Source of the DNA: Phoronis australis
Taxonomy: Eukaryota; Animalia; Phoronida
NCBI GenBank assembly: GCA_002633005.1
Contig: NMRA01000033.1
Coordinates: forward strand, 560,233-624,232
Reading direction: 5' to 3'
DNA length: 64,000 bases
In this document: positions 11,461 to 25,855 of the stretch, piece by piece
Layout of the letters: each line of letters starts with the position of its first letter
Position numbering within the stretch: the stretch's first letter is position 1
Made by a program: the position numbers and the translations under genes
The notes under the pieces: model-generated
Told to the model about the DNA's origin: nothing
The model's database searches: none
The model's input: the letters and a program-made list of their open reading frames with translations, nothing else

Positions 11461-14400
11461 GAAGGTGTCATGGAAAAACATTTTTTAGGAATTCTAGATA
11501 AAATTCATGTGTATTTTGGAGCTAAGCGTTTCTATGAATACTGTCCTGATGACTGACAGTAGTTTGATTCCTCTCATTACTTCTTTTTTATCCAATGAGA
11601 GGGCTGTATGAAAGAGTGTGTGGTCAGCTTGCATACCGTGTTTTACTAAGGGCCATCACAGACATAGAGATATAAGCTGAGCTGTCCATCTCATGTGAAG
11701 GATAGCCGAGCTGACAGTTGACATCAAGTCATGCAAGTATTGCAGGAGTTGAATGAACTAGCTGGTAATTCATTCAATTGTTCTCAGGCAACTCAGTTCA
11801 TAGCTCTCCATATGTCAAGGCTCTTACTCTATTGTCATTTGAGATCAGGCGTTGACTGCAGTAATATGAAGAATTGAAATCCATGAAGTTTTTTACCGTG
11901 AATGTGCATTTCATTGCAGTTATTTTTTAATTCTTAAGATCATTGGGATTAGAGAAATCTATTATATTTAGGTGACTGTAAGTATCAGAGGGCAGAAGGT
12001 ACGTTTCACCTGTCAACATCATTGTGTAGTCTTTTTGTTTCTTGTCCAAACTCGAGCATGCTTTAGGACTTCAGGTTATTGTAGTAATGTATGGGGTATC
12101 AGTGTCTGTACATTAACGTCCATTTAATTTCCAGTATTTTTTGTATAGATTTTAATGAGTAACTGGCCGTTACAGTGACTTTATTTGGTATTTGATCCTT
12201 GTTGTACTTAGTTTCAAGACTGGACCCTTGTTCAACAATGTTGAGTTGTATGATCAAATACAAACTAGGACTACCAGTTTACTGAATGAGTTGGCTTAGC
12301 TCTACACACCCTAAACTCTTGCATAAATGTGTTATTTGATGCAGATGTACAGTTGAAATATCCAGTTTTTAAATAGTTTATTTCCTTGTTTTTCCACTTT
12401 TACATCTTGCATTTTCCATGCATTGCATTCACACCTTCCTCTTTATCAAGTTAAAGCAAACATTCATTCTCTAATAAGCAAAATTACAACATTTGCAAAT
12501 CTTTAATACTGATAACGTGACCAATAACAAAAACGCATGTAGCGTGTTAACTTGCATGTATGAAACTAGACCACACTGTTCTGTTCATGTTAACTAAATT
12601 CAACAAAGAGTGAATCATTTTAGCTCGTCAAAAATACACTGAGAAGTGGTAAGTAACAAAGATGCATCAAATCACCCTGAAAAAGTATATTTCTTCAGCA
12701 AATATAATTCCTGAACACCAACACAAGTGTATTAACTGTGTGTGCAAATTGTATTAAAACTCGCATCAGTCAGATCCAACAGGACCAAGATTTTATCACA
12801 GTATGGCAAAAACTGACTTGTCAGAAAGCCCAACAAGTGTACGAAGGAACGCGGAACTTTGTCCGAGTTAAGCGAAAATCTGACTTATTCTTGCTAGACT
12901 AATGCGATCTTTACCTTAAACAACTTTGTTAATAATCTGTGTACATTGTTCTGTGCACAAGCTGCCTTTGGGCCAAACGTACTTCATATTCTATAAACAA
13001 TGCTGCCATGTCGACTTTACACACAGGGATATCAACAGGGTTTTCCTCTGTCAGATATAATAAATAGCTTCAGTGCCAAATTTGAAATGTCCGTATACCG
13101 AGACCTGTTCACTTACCGAGCCTACATCTAAACACAAGTGGATGACTGCCATTTTAGTTGATGCTATCACTTCTGATAAAAAACTAGCATGTTGACTGCA
13201 GACTAGCTTTAGACTAACTATATACATTTATGTACAGTAAAACAGCAATCCCCAGCAAGCAACATTAAGTAAATTGAAAATCACAATTGCCAACCTTCTG
13301 CAATTAATGTTAAATATTGACTATGCAGAAATAATGACACAGTGGTTTTAGATTGACAATCAAAGTATTTCTAGTTCCCTCAACTGGACGAGATTATGGT
13401 GGCAAAACAAAATGATTGGCGAGTGTCTGGACTAAGACGAAGCTTATAAGTGCTTAACGTTCATGTGTTTTTGACAGGTGCCAGGCTTTCAATGGGAATC
13501 ACTCACAAAAAATACACCTAATATGATTGATGACAATAATATTAATGCTGCAAAATCTTTGTTGATTAAATATGACGAACTTAAATAAAGCCCGAAGCAC
13601 CATTTCACCATGTGATAATTTCAGTATCTACTGTATCTTATGACATATTCCCCAAACACCACATGGTATCCCGACAACTGTATCAGTTCACTATATCTCA
13701 TAAGCTGCTTGACACTCTTAATAACTTGCAACATTTAATATTATGAATTACCAATAACAAACTTGAGTTTACTGCTAACGCAATAAGTCTCACCAGACCT
13801 CGCCTGATCACCTGTTGTTTTGTTTTTTGGATAACGTGATGTGGCATGTATTAAGAAAACGTAAAGAGTTAACTTATGGCCAAAACTAACATCTGAGCGA
13901 AATTATAATCAGCATCTTTAAAGCTGCAATAAACATTTTTTCTGTCAAACATAAACAAATAGATCTAGACCAATCAATTGTAAATTCATTTCAAAATGTT
14001 CCTTAGAAATGCACCCCAAGCTTGGGACGTTTCTCACAGCTCAACACCATGTTCCATAAGTTAGCTTGACCCAGCGGATCACTTTATTCACTGAGCATTG
14101 CATCAAGCTTAAACCAATAAGCAGTTGTTTTTTCTCAAGCTCGGAAATCATTTCTTATCTGAGTAGGAAACAAGTTGAGGCCTATTTTAAAGTGGTGTAA
14201 AGATTGTATTTTTGGTATGGGGGGGAAGCTTACAGCAGTAGTACGTAACTTATACCAGTCATATGAACATGAAAATCATACATTGTTATGTACATTTTTG
14301 CTATTTAACAGTTTCTCAATAGGACAATGATTAATTAACATGAGCAATTTCTTTTAAATTTAGAAACAACAAATACATGAATTTAATACACCTAGGGTGA

Positions 14401-14892
14401 ACAAATAAATTCTCAACAATGTCTGTACTCGACCAATACACAAACTGTCAACTAACAATAATTCTTGAATCCAACATACATCAACAGTGCAAAGCATTAC
14501 TAACACGGATCAAAGACTTGCATTTCACAATTAAACCATCATATCATGGAATTTTATACAAATTAAGAAACACTCGTTTCCCCCAACTTCCACATTGCTC
14601 CCTTATTTGTTTAGTTTAAAGACAGATAATGAGGTGCTGAACTGAATATTATCCAAGGTCTTTAATCTTTACTGCCTTCATTGCTCATCACGTAAGCATG
14701 CCATACAGAGTTTCAATTTCAAATCCAAAACATAGTGACAAAGACTGGGACATCAATTCCCAACTTGCGCTTCGCAAGTAAATACCCCCTAACTAGCTAA
14801 GCTAAGGTACCCCCTGTTGCCTGAGAGATTGCTGTCCGCAGCCTGAGAGACCTCTATTGTCTGCAACTGGAGTTACCTCTGTTGTCCGCAGC

Positions 14893-15066
14893 CTACACCT
14901 TGTTAGTCTTCTTGCAGCCTGTTGTGTACTGTCTGTGGAATACGGAGTGAAGGCCAGTGGTGTGATTGGGATTACTCCAATCAGCAATAGGAATGCCCTG
15001 AGCATACTGCTTCGAGGAAGTCTTGTTGAAGACTGGGAGTAGCTCATTGGCTTCATCACTCAGCAC
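14893..15066 (-). CDS. PDK: PDK last exon (C-terminal tail with DW motif)
   Basis: VLSDEANELLPVFNKTSSKQY...ADWSNP...TNKV, TAG at 14893-14895. Confidence 0.94.
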   Translation of the reverse strand: MLSDEANELLPVFNKTSSKQYAQGIPIADWSNPNHTTGLHSVFHRQYTTGCKKTNKV

Positions 15067-15641
15067 CTGTCCAGACAAAAACAGGTGTGTCCATTACATA
15101 ATTGACAATCTTACATTAATAACATGTGGAGATGGAGTTCCATTCTCTTTAGCACAGTTGTTCCTGGCTTGTAATGGGTCGAGATACAATAATCTTGTAT
15201 TTCTGTCCTTCTGGAGGGATTAAACTTTCAACGTTCAGTCTCAAGTTTGACCATGAATTAGTCAACATTGCCAACTGAACGGATGATACCGTCAAGATTT
15301 GATTTAATATTTTTGATTAACGACGTATTTCAATGTAACGCAACTGTAATTCAGGGAATCCTTTAAACACATTCTTAAGTACTACAGTCCTCTCTAAAAG
15401 TATTGGAATTTCCCATCATGAGGATTAGATGGAAGTCAAATCATGGTCAAAGTAGCCTTCCTTTATGACTGAGAGTGAAAGAGAATGAACAGGGAAGTTA
15501 GCAAAATGTACAAGACATTCCATAATAAGAATTTTGCAAAACTAAAGGGAATTCTTGGGAAGGAACAAAAATGAGCCGTCCTGTTGGGAAAATGGTTTGC
15601 TGTCCTGTGCTGTACATGAACATGCTAGAATAATGCTATTA

Positions 15642-16050
15642 AACAATAACATGTCCTGTGATAGATATTCTGACAATAACCTGTCCTGTGGTAGATATTG
15701 AAAAATAACATGTCCTGATAGATATTGAACAATAACATGTCCAGTGATAGATATTCTGACAATAACCTGTCCTGTGATAGATATTGAAAAATAACATGTC
15801 CTGATAGATATTGAACAATAACATGTCCAGTGATAGATTCTGAACAATAACATGTCCTGTGATAGATATTGAACAATAACATGTCCTGTGATAGATATTG
15901 AACAATAACCTGTCCTGTGATGGATATTGAAAAATAACATGTCCTGTGATGGATATTGAACAATAACATGTCCTGTGATAGATACTGAACAATAACATGT
16001 CCTGTGATAGATATTGAACAATAACATGTCCTGTGATAGATATTCTGACA
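15642..16050. repeat. ~29-bp minisatellite, ~14 copies (PDK last intron)
   Basis: Unit aacaataacatgtcctgtgatagatattg with length variants. Confidence 0.95.
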
Positions 16051-16071
16051 GTTACAAGATCACAAACTTAC

Positions 16072-16185
16072 CTTTAGGTAAATATGAGCATCTGTGCCCA
16101 GTCCCTCCACAGATGACAACTGAAGGTCACCTTGAAAGTACTTAGCATAAAGTCGAGACAGAGGCAAGCCGTATCCATAGCCAGC
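16072..16185 (-). CDS. PDK: PDK exon 11 (G2/G3 boxes)
   Basis: [38 protein letters not shown]. Confidence 0.97.
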
Positions 16186-16530
16186 CTAGTAAGAGAGAAA
16201 TTTATGGGTAATGTACTCTCATTCAATACATCAAATTGCATAAATCACTATTATGAAAGACTTAATGATGGATTCAGGTTTTGGGAGTGACTGTTGATTT
16301 TTGAATAAATATTAACAGAATGGCAACAAAGTGACAATAAAAGCCCAAATAAAGCTGCACTAGACCATCCGTTCCATTAAAAACAAGTTTTTATTTGGGC
16401 CACCTAAGATTATAAAAATGGTAATCTCTTATTCCTTACTCAGTTTAGAAGTGCTCTCTGGGCTCTGCTAGAGAACAAACTTTATTTCTTCAGGCCAAGC
16501 ACATAAAATGTCACGTCATGTTGTGGCAAA

Positions 16531-16622
16531 GGGGAGGGAGAGGGAGGGACGGAGGGAGGGATGGAGGGAGGGACGGACAGACGGACGGACAGAGGGAGGG
16601 AGGGACGGAGGAAGGGACGGAG
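16531..16622. repeat. GGA(G/C)-rich simple repeat
   Basis: ggagggagggacggagggaggg... purine tract. Confidence 0.85.
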
Positions 16623-17187
16623 AAAAACCCAGGGTTTTCATCAAATAACTTTTTATTTGATAATTTTATTGCAAACAGAGCTACATATCAAAAGACATGA
16701 GCTCCAACACGATGACAATAGGCCCACGGTTATTACACATGGTAAGCCATATCACCACCATGTGGCGTATGTGACAACATGGAGTCCAATTTTCAAGTTC
16801 CTTTAGGATTTCCTAGTTGTCTTCTTTAAAGATGTCACAGCATAGCTTGCATTAGCAAGATTTAGTAACAAACCAGTTCGCAAAGGTTTTTATTTCATTA
16901 AAAAACTGTTGAACCATCAATGAAATATTACACAAAATATGTCCAGTATTTCAGTCGCTTGACTATATTATGAATAAGGGCCAATTTGAGATCAATGTCG
17001 TAAAACAGAAAGTCCCCTAAATGAAAAAAGCACAGGTTTAATGCTGCCTCAACAACAAAGCAGAGTACAAATTTAAAAACTTCTATTGCGTTTATGGCAT
17101 ATTAACCTACTGTTATTTCAGAACTATAATTGTAATTCATCAAACTCTGACAAAAACATAAACTTTTTAACCAGAACTGAAACTCAC

Positions 17188-17301
17188 CAATGGGGCATGT
17201 GACGAAGATCCTTGGGGTGGTGGCTGAGGGGCCGTGGAATACATGTAGTTGAACATGAGATCAATCTGTGAGTGGGGTATACCTCCGCCGCGGTCGCTCA
17301 C
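17188..17301 (-). CDS. PDK: PDK exon 10 (G1 box)
   Basis: VSDRGGGIPHSQIDLMFNYMYSTAPQP...HAPL. Confidence 0.97.
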
Positions 17302-17964
17302 CTGAATGAAAGGTAATCCAGCATCTCGAGAATGATATATCTGCGTGCATTCACATTCAACAGTTTCAGCACGGATAAAGAAATGAAACACCAACTATGG
17401 TAAAAAAACTCTTCAGTTTGGGACGCAATATGGCAGACAGGTATAATTTCATTTTGTCAAAATTCTTAACAAAAATTTGCTTTTAGTACATTTGACATGG
17501 CCTAGCTATTACCAAACAACATTTGGTAAATTTTTGCACATTTGAAACATTGTAAGCCTCTGAGAAGTAGAAATACGGCAATTTTAACAATTATTTTTGT
17601 CCAAAATTAAAATTTTTTTACCATATTAAGTGAATATTAAGGCAGACTAATATTGGCACAAGAGACGAGAAGATGCCATAGTTATCTTTTCATTTATGTT
17701 TTGAAGATGTATTTTGAAATCTCACTTCCAGCTGAAAACAATCCAAGGTACTCAAACTGATCTGATTTCCTCACCTTCAATGATGAAGGATTTCAAGTTC
17801 AGCTACTGATGGGATACAAACAGTTTAGCTTCGTTCAAAGAATATAATCAGCTTACTATGCTCTCGAGTTCAAATGCTTTGACTAGCTGTTCAAGCCAAT
17901 AATACTTGTGAATCAACTTGGAAAGTATACAACCATTCATTCACTGTTAATATTATAGACGTAC

Positions 17965-18066
17965 CTTTATTGTCATGTCTTCGACACCTTTACAAATGAC
18001 AACCTTAATTATGGGATATTCATCAGCATCAGCCCCATGATGCTCCACTACGGCACGCATGGAATT
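17965..18066 (-). CDS. PDK: PDK exon 9
   Basis: NSMRAVVEHHGADADEYPIIKVVICKGVEDMTIK. Confidence 0.96.
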
Positions 18067-18773
18067 CTGCAAATTACCAAAATAAACTTTGGCACCAAGA
18101 TTTCACTACCATAACAGGACTCGGACGACTCACACAATGGGTTAAAAAAGCATAGTTGGTTCTGGTTTGTAACCCGACTCATTTTGAAACCTGCATCTCA
18201 CTACTTAAAATAAAAGCCCGTTCGTATTGATTTCACACCAAGGCTCAAACTTTTTTCAACGCCATGGAAACACAAGGTATTAAATGGTGTGGCTTGCTAG
18301 GTCAGCCACAAACACTTCACGAGTGCTCCTCAGCGACTCATACGCATGCAGGAGTGAGGCTATCTCCGCCCACTACACCACTAAATCCATTTTCAAGAAA
18401 GCAAAAGACCAGAACCATCTCTACTTTTTTGCATTACCTGGCTTCAATACGACTGCAATAAATAACACCGATAACTCGAACTGTAAGTCATACATGCAGG
18501 GCAAAAACCAGTAAACCAGCAGTAAAAAAATCACAAAACAAAATGCGACAAAGTTGAGTCAGCACTGACATAACTCTTTTTCATCACAATAATTATAATT
18601 ATACATCATTACAGCAAACAGTATGTGGTATTACAAGGACGAGTCATTAACCAACATTGCTAAACTGTATAATGGTAAAAATGGGTCATTAACTGATATC
18701 GCTAAGCAATACATAAGATAATGGGTGACATACTCTCATATGTAATTTATCAACATAATACAAAATGTCTTAC

Positions 18774-18850
18774 CTTTAACAGCTCAAACAGCATGTGGTA
18801 CAGGTGAGATGGTACATACACCACTCTGACTGGGTTACCATGTTCAGTAG
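18774..18850 (-). CDS. PDK: PDK exon 8 (start of GHKL N box)
   Basis: TEHGNPVRVVYVPSHLYHMLFELLK. Confidence 0.96.
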
Positions 18851-19286
18851 CTGTAACAACGAACCACAAGAGTCAAAAGCAAACATCCGTAATATAACTC
18901 TTCAGTGTTGAGAGAGTGAGAAGAAATTTTAATTTAACTCAATCTCAAATTTTAGTGGAAAAGAAGAGCAAAAACATGCACAAATATTTTATGTTGTTAG
19001 CTTTTTGCACAACAGTGATGACTTGATGCCACAGCATCAAAAATGGCACAATGGGTGCAGGCCTAACGCCAATGTCCAGAGAAACCTTAATTTATGAAAG
19101 CATTGTATTCCTCGGTTATGCCTGGGGTTTATCTTAAACCCGCATATCTATCACACATACCCTCCCCAAAGTATTGGTATCCTGATACCCTTCAACTGCA
19201 CATTGCTTTTGGCAGCTAAAGACAAAATAAGTTTGCCTACAAAATGTTGCAATTTTAAACTTAAATAATGCAGAAATGCTACTCAC

Positions 19287-19364
19287 GGTTGTAAGACTCG
19301 TATTCCACCTCGGGTGCCGTCATATAGTACTGTTCACATAGGAACCTGGCGTTGGCATAGGCAT
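19287..19364 (-). CDS. PDK: PDK exon 7
   Basis: AYANARFLCEQYYMTAPEVEYESYN. Confidence 0.95.
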
Positions 19365-20300
19365 CTGCAGCACGGAGAATAAATGTATTAGGCATTATAG
19401 GGCACCACTGAAAGTTGGACTTGTAACATAGAGGGTAAATGACATGTCCTTACAGCCATATCCTTACTGCAGGTCAAGTTGAATATTAAAGGTTGCGCTT
19501 GCGTAGTGCAAGTGAGTTTGACGAAATATAATGACACGTCCTTGAGGTCAATTCTTTACTATAGAACAGTCTCAACTTTCTAACTTTCTAGTACATTCCT
19601 GGTCATTCATGGTCACGTCTGGTAGCTACTATTGTGCTAGCGCCGAGTCATCGTGACAAGGAACTCCGGCTCACTTCATTATATTACTCTTGGTGACGTG
19701 TTACACGTCCCGTAACATAACTAGACCTAATAAGGTAATGACCACTAATATCCATGAACAAGGAGCAAAAGGTCAAACCTGACGTCGCGACAATGAATCC
19801 TCAATCATTATGTACCAATACCAATGCCTATCACATACCGATTTCAGTCAACAGTGCCCCATGACAAGTAATCACCTTTTATATTCTAAAAGCCTGGTGG
19901 AGATTCAGGACTTGTTTTATCGGCTATTTCATGGAAATGGCCATTGAGATCGGAAAATGCAATCAAGCAAACATTGCCAAGCATTTGCAGAAAAATTCTA
20001 GCCAGGTCACTCTGTTTGAGAAATTGGCTAATACGCATATAACGAGGAAAGTGGTCATACAAATTAGCTTAACTTAAAATTCATGACATTGGGAGTAGCA
20101 TTTGGGAAACAGAGCTCTAAATGTTATCAATGATTTTGTCCCATTTACTTTTGACGAGTAGTGCACTTACACCAGAGCTGATGGGAACAAGAGCTGGTGA
20201 CAGGAAATGAACCAAAATGGCCAATGAGAGCTGCTGTGTGTATTACACTTACACTAGGTCTACTTAAAGAACGACTGTGGTGACCTGCTCAATTACCTAC

Positions 20301-20396
20301 CTTTGGCAACAGCCAGGACGTCACAGTGGGGGTCTATCGAGCCAATGTGTTGGTGGCGATCGTTAATGGGGACAGCATTCTCACCGAACAACAGGG
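20301..20396 (-). CDS. PDK: PDK exon 6
   Basis: LLFGENAVPINDRHQHIGSIDPHCDVLAVAK. Confidence 0.95.
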
Positions 20397-21534
20397 CTGA
20401 AAAACAGATAGTACGCACCAGTCAGTAACATGTCCTAAGCCAAGTTGGATCATGAAGACAAGATCAAGTACTATGGAACTGCAGTATACATGAGAGGATT
20501 ATAAGGACGTTAGAATTGGCAGAATCCAGTGCTATGTCCAATAGCACTTGCATTGCCAACTTACACAAACATAATTGTAAACACAATGAAGAATTCTAAA
20601 ATTAAAAATGTCTATAATTGATTGAAGAAATGATGAAGCTGTTTGTTTACACACTCTCTCAAACTTTGTTGACACTGTGAGTTCAAGGAAGTACGCATAT
20701 AAGTTGTAAAGAGACAACACTGCCGTGTCTTCACCAAATTTGGCATGCATGAGGGACTACTACCAGGACATTGTTCCTGTCATTTCTAAACAACTCATTT
20801 AGATTTACAATTACTGTCCTAGATAGCCAATGACACAGAATGACAAATGGCAATTACATTTTACTGAGAAACCTCAGTCAAGAGCAGAGATCCTGGTTTT
20901 TCTGCGAAAACGGAAAAAGGACGGAATTCACGGAATCTAACTTCTTTCAGTTAATTATACATTTCAAACACATATTTCAGTAGCAGATAACAAAATTACA
21001 GTTAATTACCAAAAAGTAAGAATGTAACTCATCAAATTCAACAATTCTGGCAACAAATCGAAAAACGTTTGTTTGCAACAGACATGTTCAATGTATTTGT
21101 TCATTTTTTCTGAAGGTGGCACTCTACATTTGCCAAGTTTTGAGAAATGAAAAACGTGGCATGTAGCAAGGTAAAAAAGCACAGCAAAATTTCATGCTTG
21201 CTAAAACAGATTTCTCATTATTTAAAAATGTAAAACCAAGGTCGCTACAAAAGTTACGAAAAATTTATAAAAACATCAAGACACTATACCAATATTCTGA
21301 AGCAAATTCTAGTAATACTTAACTTTAATCCACTGACATGGCTAACCGAATGCTACTAGAAAAACCAAACATCATTTTCAAAAACAGAAACCAGATATTT
21401 CCAAAACAGTAAGGAAAAATAGAATGCAGCCATATTGTCTGACCAATCTGTGGGCTCAAGTAATTTGAATTTGGTTATTGCAGTATTCATGTACTAAGTG
21501 CCACACCAGTTACTTTACAATGTACACAACTCAC

Positions 21535-21655
21535 TATGCTGGTTAATCAACATGCGGATACTGATGCGACTCATGTAGAAACGGTCCAGGAAGTATTGGA
21601 TCTGATTCCCTGTGTTGTGGTCAATTCCATGACTGTCTCTTAGTTCCATGACACC
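21535..21655 (-). CDS. PDK: PDK exon 5
   Basis: [10 protein letters not shown]...[22 protein letters not shown]. Confidence 0.97.
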
Positions 21656-22777
21656 CTGGAGAAATGAACAAAACGAAACGGTTTCAAATGACGTCAATTT
21701 ATGTCACGGTAAAATCTCATCAGTTTAGGACACAACATGGCGGACACGTGAAATTTTATCTTCTCATTTTCAACAAAAGATCAGTAATGCCAAATTAATG
21801 AATTACTTGGTTCAATTTCAGTACCGTAGCTACCATGTGCCACTCTTTTGAAAACTATAGGCATTCAAAACTATGCTAGAAAACCTTGAAAAATGAAAAA
21901 GGTAAATTTTGATAATTAATTTTGTAAACAACTGATGACGATCATATTCCTTAAAGGCATAAACCTAGACTTTTTGTGCTTTAACAAAGCACTAGCGTGT
22001 AAGAGTTGCACTGGGATCAAAAGCACATCTTATCAACTGATATTATCACCTCAGCTAATATTGGAATTATTTAATTGTAGGACCAAGTGTATTGTACAGT
22101 TGTGTAATGTTAGAACATAACTTGCCAGTTGAAGACTGAGGTACTATCAGTAAGTACAAACAGGCTGTGAATATGTCTGTGTCAAGACCCATGAACTTGT
22201 AGTATGGATATATTGACACTTGAACTGAGACTGTGAGACTATGAGGAATTAGAAAAAAAAACTTCTAAATATGTGGATACAGGCTTGAGTAGGGTTACAA
22301 GAAACATCCCATCCCATGTGCGTCAGACTCAGACAGAAGTCTCGGACATTACAAACAGAGAATTGTTATTCAAGGTTGAGGACAAGTGTGAATGACCAAG
22401 TCAAAGAGACAAGTCATTGCTGAAGGACAACAAGGAAATATAGCAAGAAAATTGTGCCTTAAGCATGAAATCAAAAACCTGGTAAAGTTGAAGACATTGA
22501 AACTGCTCTTGACACATTTTCAGTGTTTGAAACAGATTCTGGCTGGGACTGTGTTGTGGTTGATTTGTAACCTGGGAAATAACAACTAATGGTGGTAGGA
22601 GTAATGTATCCTTTCCAAAGGTATGGAGTGGTTATTATTGATGCTTGAATTGTGATGTAATAGTGTCTGGCAGCATGAGAACAGATAGATTACATAACTC
22701 ATGACCATTGGTTAGTAGGGATTATAGAGGAGTTTGAATATCTAGGATAGGTGTGAACCCAGGAGGTCACTGAACAA

Positions 22778-24447
22778 GGAGCATAATGACTATTGAGGAG
22801 ATATATTGTATTTATATAAACACTGTCAGCTATGCATTGTAAATGGCAGAATTAGTTCAGACAAGGACATTACCATAACTTTTCATGCACTGCAAAGGCA
22901 AGATGTAGTGCAGTAGACTGTGTTATGTAACGAATCTCTTGAATATGACTTTACTCAGCTGAAGGCTTAAGCAAGATTGTGACGACTTAAAAACAACTTT
23001 CAACATTGTAAACAAAAAGTGTGGAATTACGAAATATTGTCATGTGTGATCATTTAAAATTAGCTAAGTATTTATTAGCAGCTGGTGGCAGAAGACACGA
23101 TGTAAATACGTACTAAGTTTGTGCAATGTACTGTATAACTGTGTGTATGGACCGCAGGCCTTGTGTACAACAATGAAGTACATGTTGGTTTACAGTGTAA
23201 TAGTGGGTGAGTTCTCCCATTGATCTGAGGAGGTCCGTCTATCGTGATTAAAAGATGCTTAATCCTCATCTTGCTCCTTTAAGTTAAAGACCTAACATTG
23301 AAGGTCTATGAAAATAAGGCAAACTCCTAATGGCAAAGTGCTCCTGTTNAACCTTAAGCATGTTAACACATAAAATCAGTCCAGGGTCCCCTCTAGTTGA
23401 CTTGCAGACAAACTGTTCAGTAATTTCACAATATTTGTGAGAAAAACATCAACAATCTTCAAGCTATTTCTCCAACTGCTCATTCCTGGCGCCATTTTAG
23501 TTTGAAATTCAGAAATCTGGTTCAACTGAAATTTTCCACAGTTACAGCCAATCAGGGTGTTTGTTTATCTTAAATTCTCACTGAATTCTCACTCCAATTT
23601 TGGCAAGTCTAAATTCTCACTCAATTCTCACTCAGATTTTTTCTAAGTCTGAAATTCTCACTGATTCTCACCCTCAGAATTTTTCTAAGACCAAAATTCT
23701 CACTGGATTCTCACTGTTACATAACATTTTCTCACTCATTCTCACTGACTCCCCTGTTGTTCAATTCCCACTGGGTTCTCACTGGCATTTCTAACTATAA
23801 TTGGTGATTTAGTGAAAATCTAACTGGAATCTAACTGGAATCCAGTGAGATTCTCACTTTCTTTTTCGTAAGGGGGAGCATAATGACTATTGAGGAGATC
23901 TATTGTATTTATATAAACACTGTCAGATATGCATTGTAAATGGCAGAATTAGTTCAGACAAGGACATTACCATAACTTTTCATGCACTGCAAAGGCAAGA
24001 TGTGCAGTAGACTGTGTTATGTAACGAATCTCTTGAATATGACTTTACTCAGCTGAAGGCTTAAGCAAGATTGTGACGACTTAAGAACAACTTTCAACAT
24101 TGTAAGCAAAAAGTGTAGAATTACTTTACGAAATATTGTCATGTGTGATCATTTAAAATTAGCTAAGTATTTATTAGCAGCTGGTGGCAGAAGACACGAT
24201 GTAAATACGTACTAAGTTTGTGCAATGTACTGTATAACTGTGTGTATGGACAACAGGCCTTGTGTACAACAATGAAGTACATGTTGGTTTACAATGCAAT
24301 AGTGGGTGAGTTCTCCCATTGATCTGAGGAGGTCCGTCTATCGTGATTAAAAGATGCTTAATCCTCATCTTGCTCCTTTAAGTTAAAGACCTAACATTGA
24401 AGGTCTATGAAAATAAGGCAAACTCCTAATGGCAAAGTGCCCCTGTT
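22778..24447. repeat. ~570-bp near-identical direct duplication (22778-23348 and 23875-24447), probably two haplotypes joined at an N
   Basis: Same 64-aa spurious ORF twice; few SNPs/indels; N at 23349 exactly at end of copy 1. Confidence 0.8.
23350..23874. mobile_element. End of a non-autonomous DNA transposon with ATTCTCACT subterminal repeats
   Basis: More than ten ttctcact motifs, terminating in ttcgtaaggg. Confidence 0.55.
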
Positions 24448-24688
24448 TAGTCTGCTGCGGTGAGTATTCAGTGATGCATTGTGAAATGTGCCAGCAAAGG
24501 TTCCCCAAAGTCATACACTTACGAAATTGTATTAAATCACAATTTAGAGAGTTTCTAAAAACTCAGTTAACAATGATCCAAATGAATTCAAATAGTTCAC
24601 AAACTTACTAATCTAAGTAACTTTACTAATACACCAATCAGAATCTGTAAGTTCAATGAATAAAAACAAAAAGTTATACTAAACGTAC

Positions 24689-24752
24689 CATGGCCATGGT
24701 TTCTACAACATTCACATGTCGATTGCGAATTCCTGCCAAAGTCTTACAGAAC
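24689..24752 (-). CDS. PDK: PDK exon 4
   Basis: FCKTLAGIRNRHVNVVETMAM; ttccag / gtacgt. Confidence 0.92.
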
Positions 24753-25855
24753 CTGGAATAAAAAGAGGTAATCCAGTTACTATTATTTACTACTTCACTG
24801 CTAAAAAATGGAGCACCGGCAGTAAAAGAAATGAGGAGGCAATGTGGCCTACTGAGGAAAATGTTTGTGAATTCGAGTCCCATTGCTATGGTGGCCCCTT
24901 GAGTCAGATCTCTAGCTCCTCAGCATATTATAAATAAAGCCTAAACATGGTTTCAGGCGATCAGTGCAATGGGCCCCATCTGAGTGGCCTGCACACGTCT
25001 GGTATAATGTGTACCAGACCGCCTGCAATTAATATTTTTAAGAGAAAAACGGAGTGGGAGGGAGGGAGTGATGGAAAGGTTGGAGGAAGGAGGGAGGGAC
25101 AGATGGACGGAGGGAGGTCTGAGATGAATATGAATCAGGAGCTCTGCGTTAGGATTTGTACATGTCTATCACTCACGTGTCTTGGAATTACAATGTGTGT
25201 TAACTGTGAGCAATACACTGAAAGCCTGTCTTTCCCCTTAGCTAGTCTATGCTTAAGAGAGTTGGGAGAGGTTTTACAAACGAAGCAGTGTGTTTGGAAA
25301 GCATGTGTGTCTTCAACTTCAAATAACGACAAGCTATACTGGTGAAAATAAAGCACAGTAACCAATGTCAGGTGAATCATGTAAAAAGGAAATTACATCA
25401 GAATGTATGGCCTTTGTCAGATAACCATTGAATACCCTGGCTGTGTATTATTTAACATTATACAATTGAAGGATACCCTCTAGGCCAATTACCAGAAAGT
25501 TGACCAAACATCTAAAGTTGACCAGGCTATTTCTGGACAGTTATCTAGAAACTGATTATGCCTATCAGTTACAACTCACAACGGTCAGAGCCCCTGGGTC
25601 AGATGACCATCATCAATGTTTGCAAACAATGCTTTAACACATTGTTTTAAGTGGAATCTAGAGTACCTTGTTTACCACCAATACATGTGGACAGCACATA
25701 ATGACAAATTTTAATCTACTTAAAAGTATATTATGGTGTTTGTCCAGGTCAATACCCAGATTAATCCCTACACCCTGAAATTATAAATTTTTGGTTTTAA
25801 ATGCCGATGCCCGGTTTGGGGCTCTCCTGCAACTAATATGATCGAGACTTCCTGA

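Noticed and set aside
14854-14895. Stop-codon readthrough of PDK
   Set aside because: TAG-G context is not readthrough-prone and the 12-codon extension shows no targeting motif
15542-16027. Three overlapping repetitive ORFs of 114-161 aa
   Set aside because: Translation of the 29-bp minisatellite in a PDK intron
23075-24368. Duplicated 64-aa ORF as a tandem gene pair or mutually exclusive exons
   Set aside because: No PDK similarity or splice logic; part of a probable haplotype duplication
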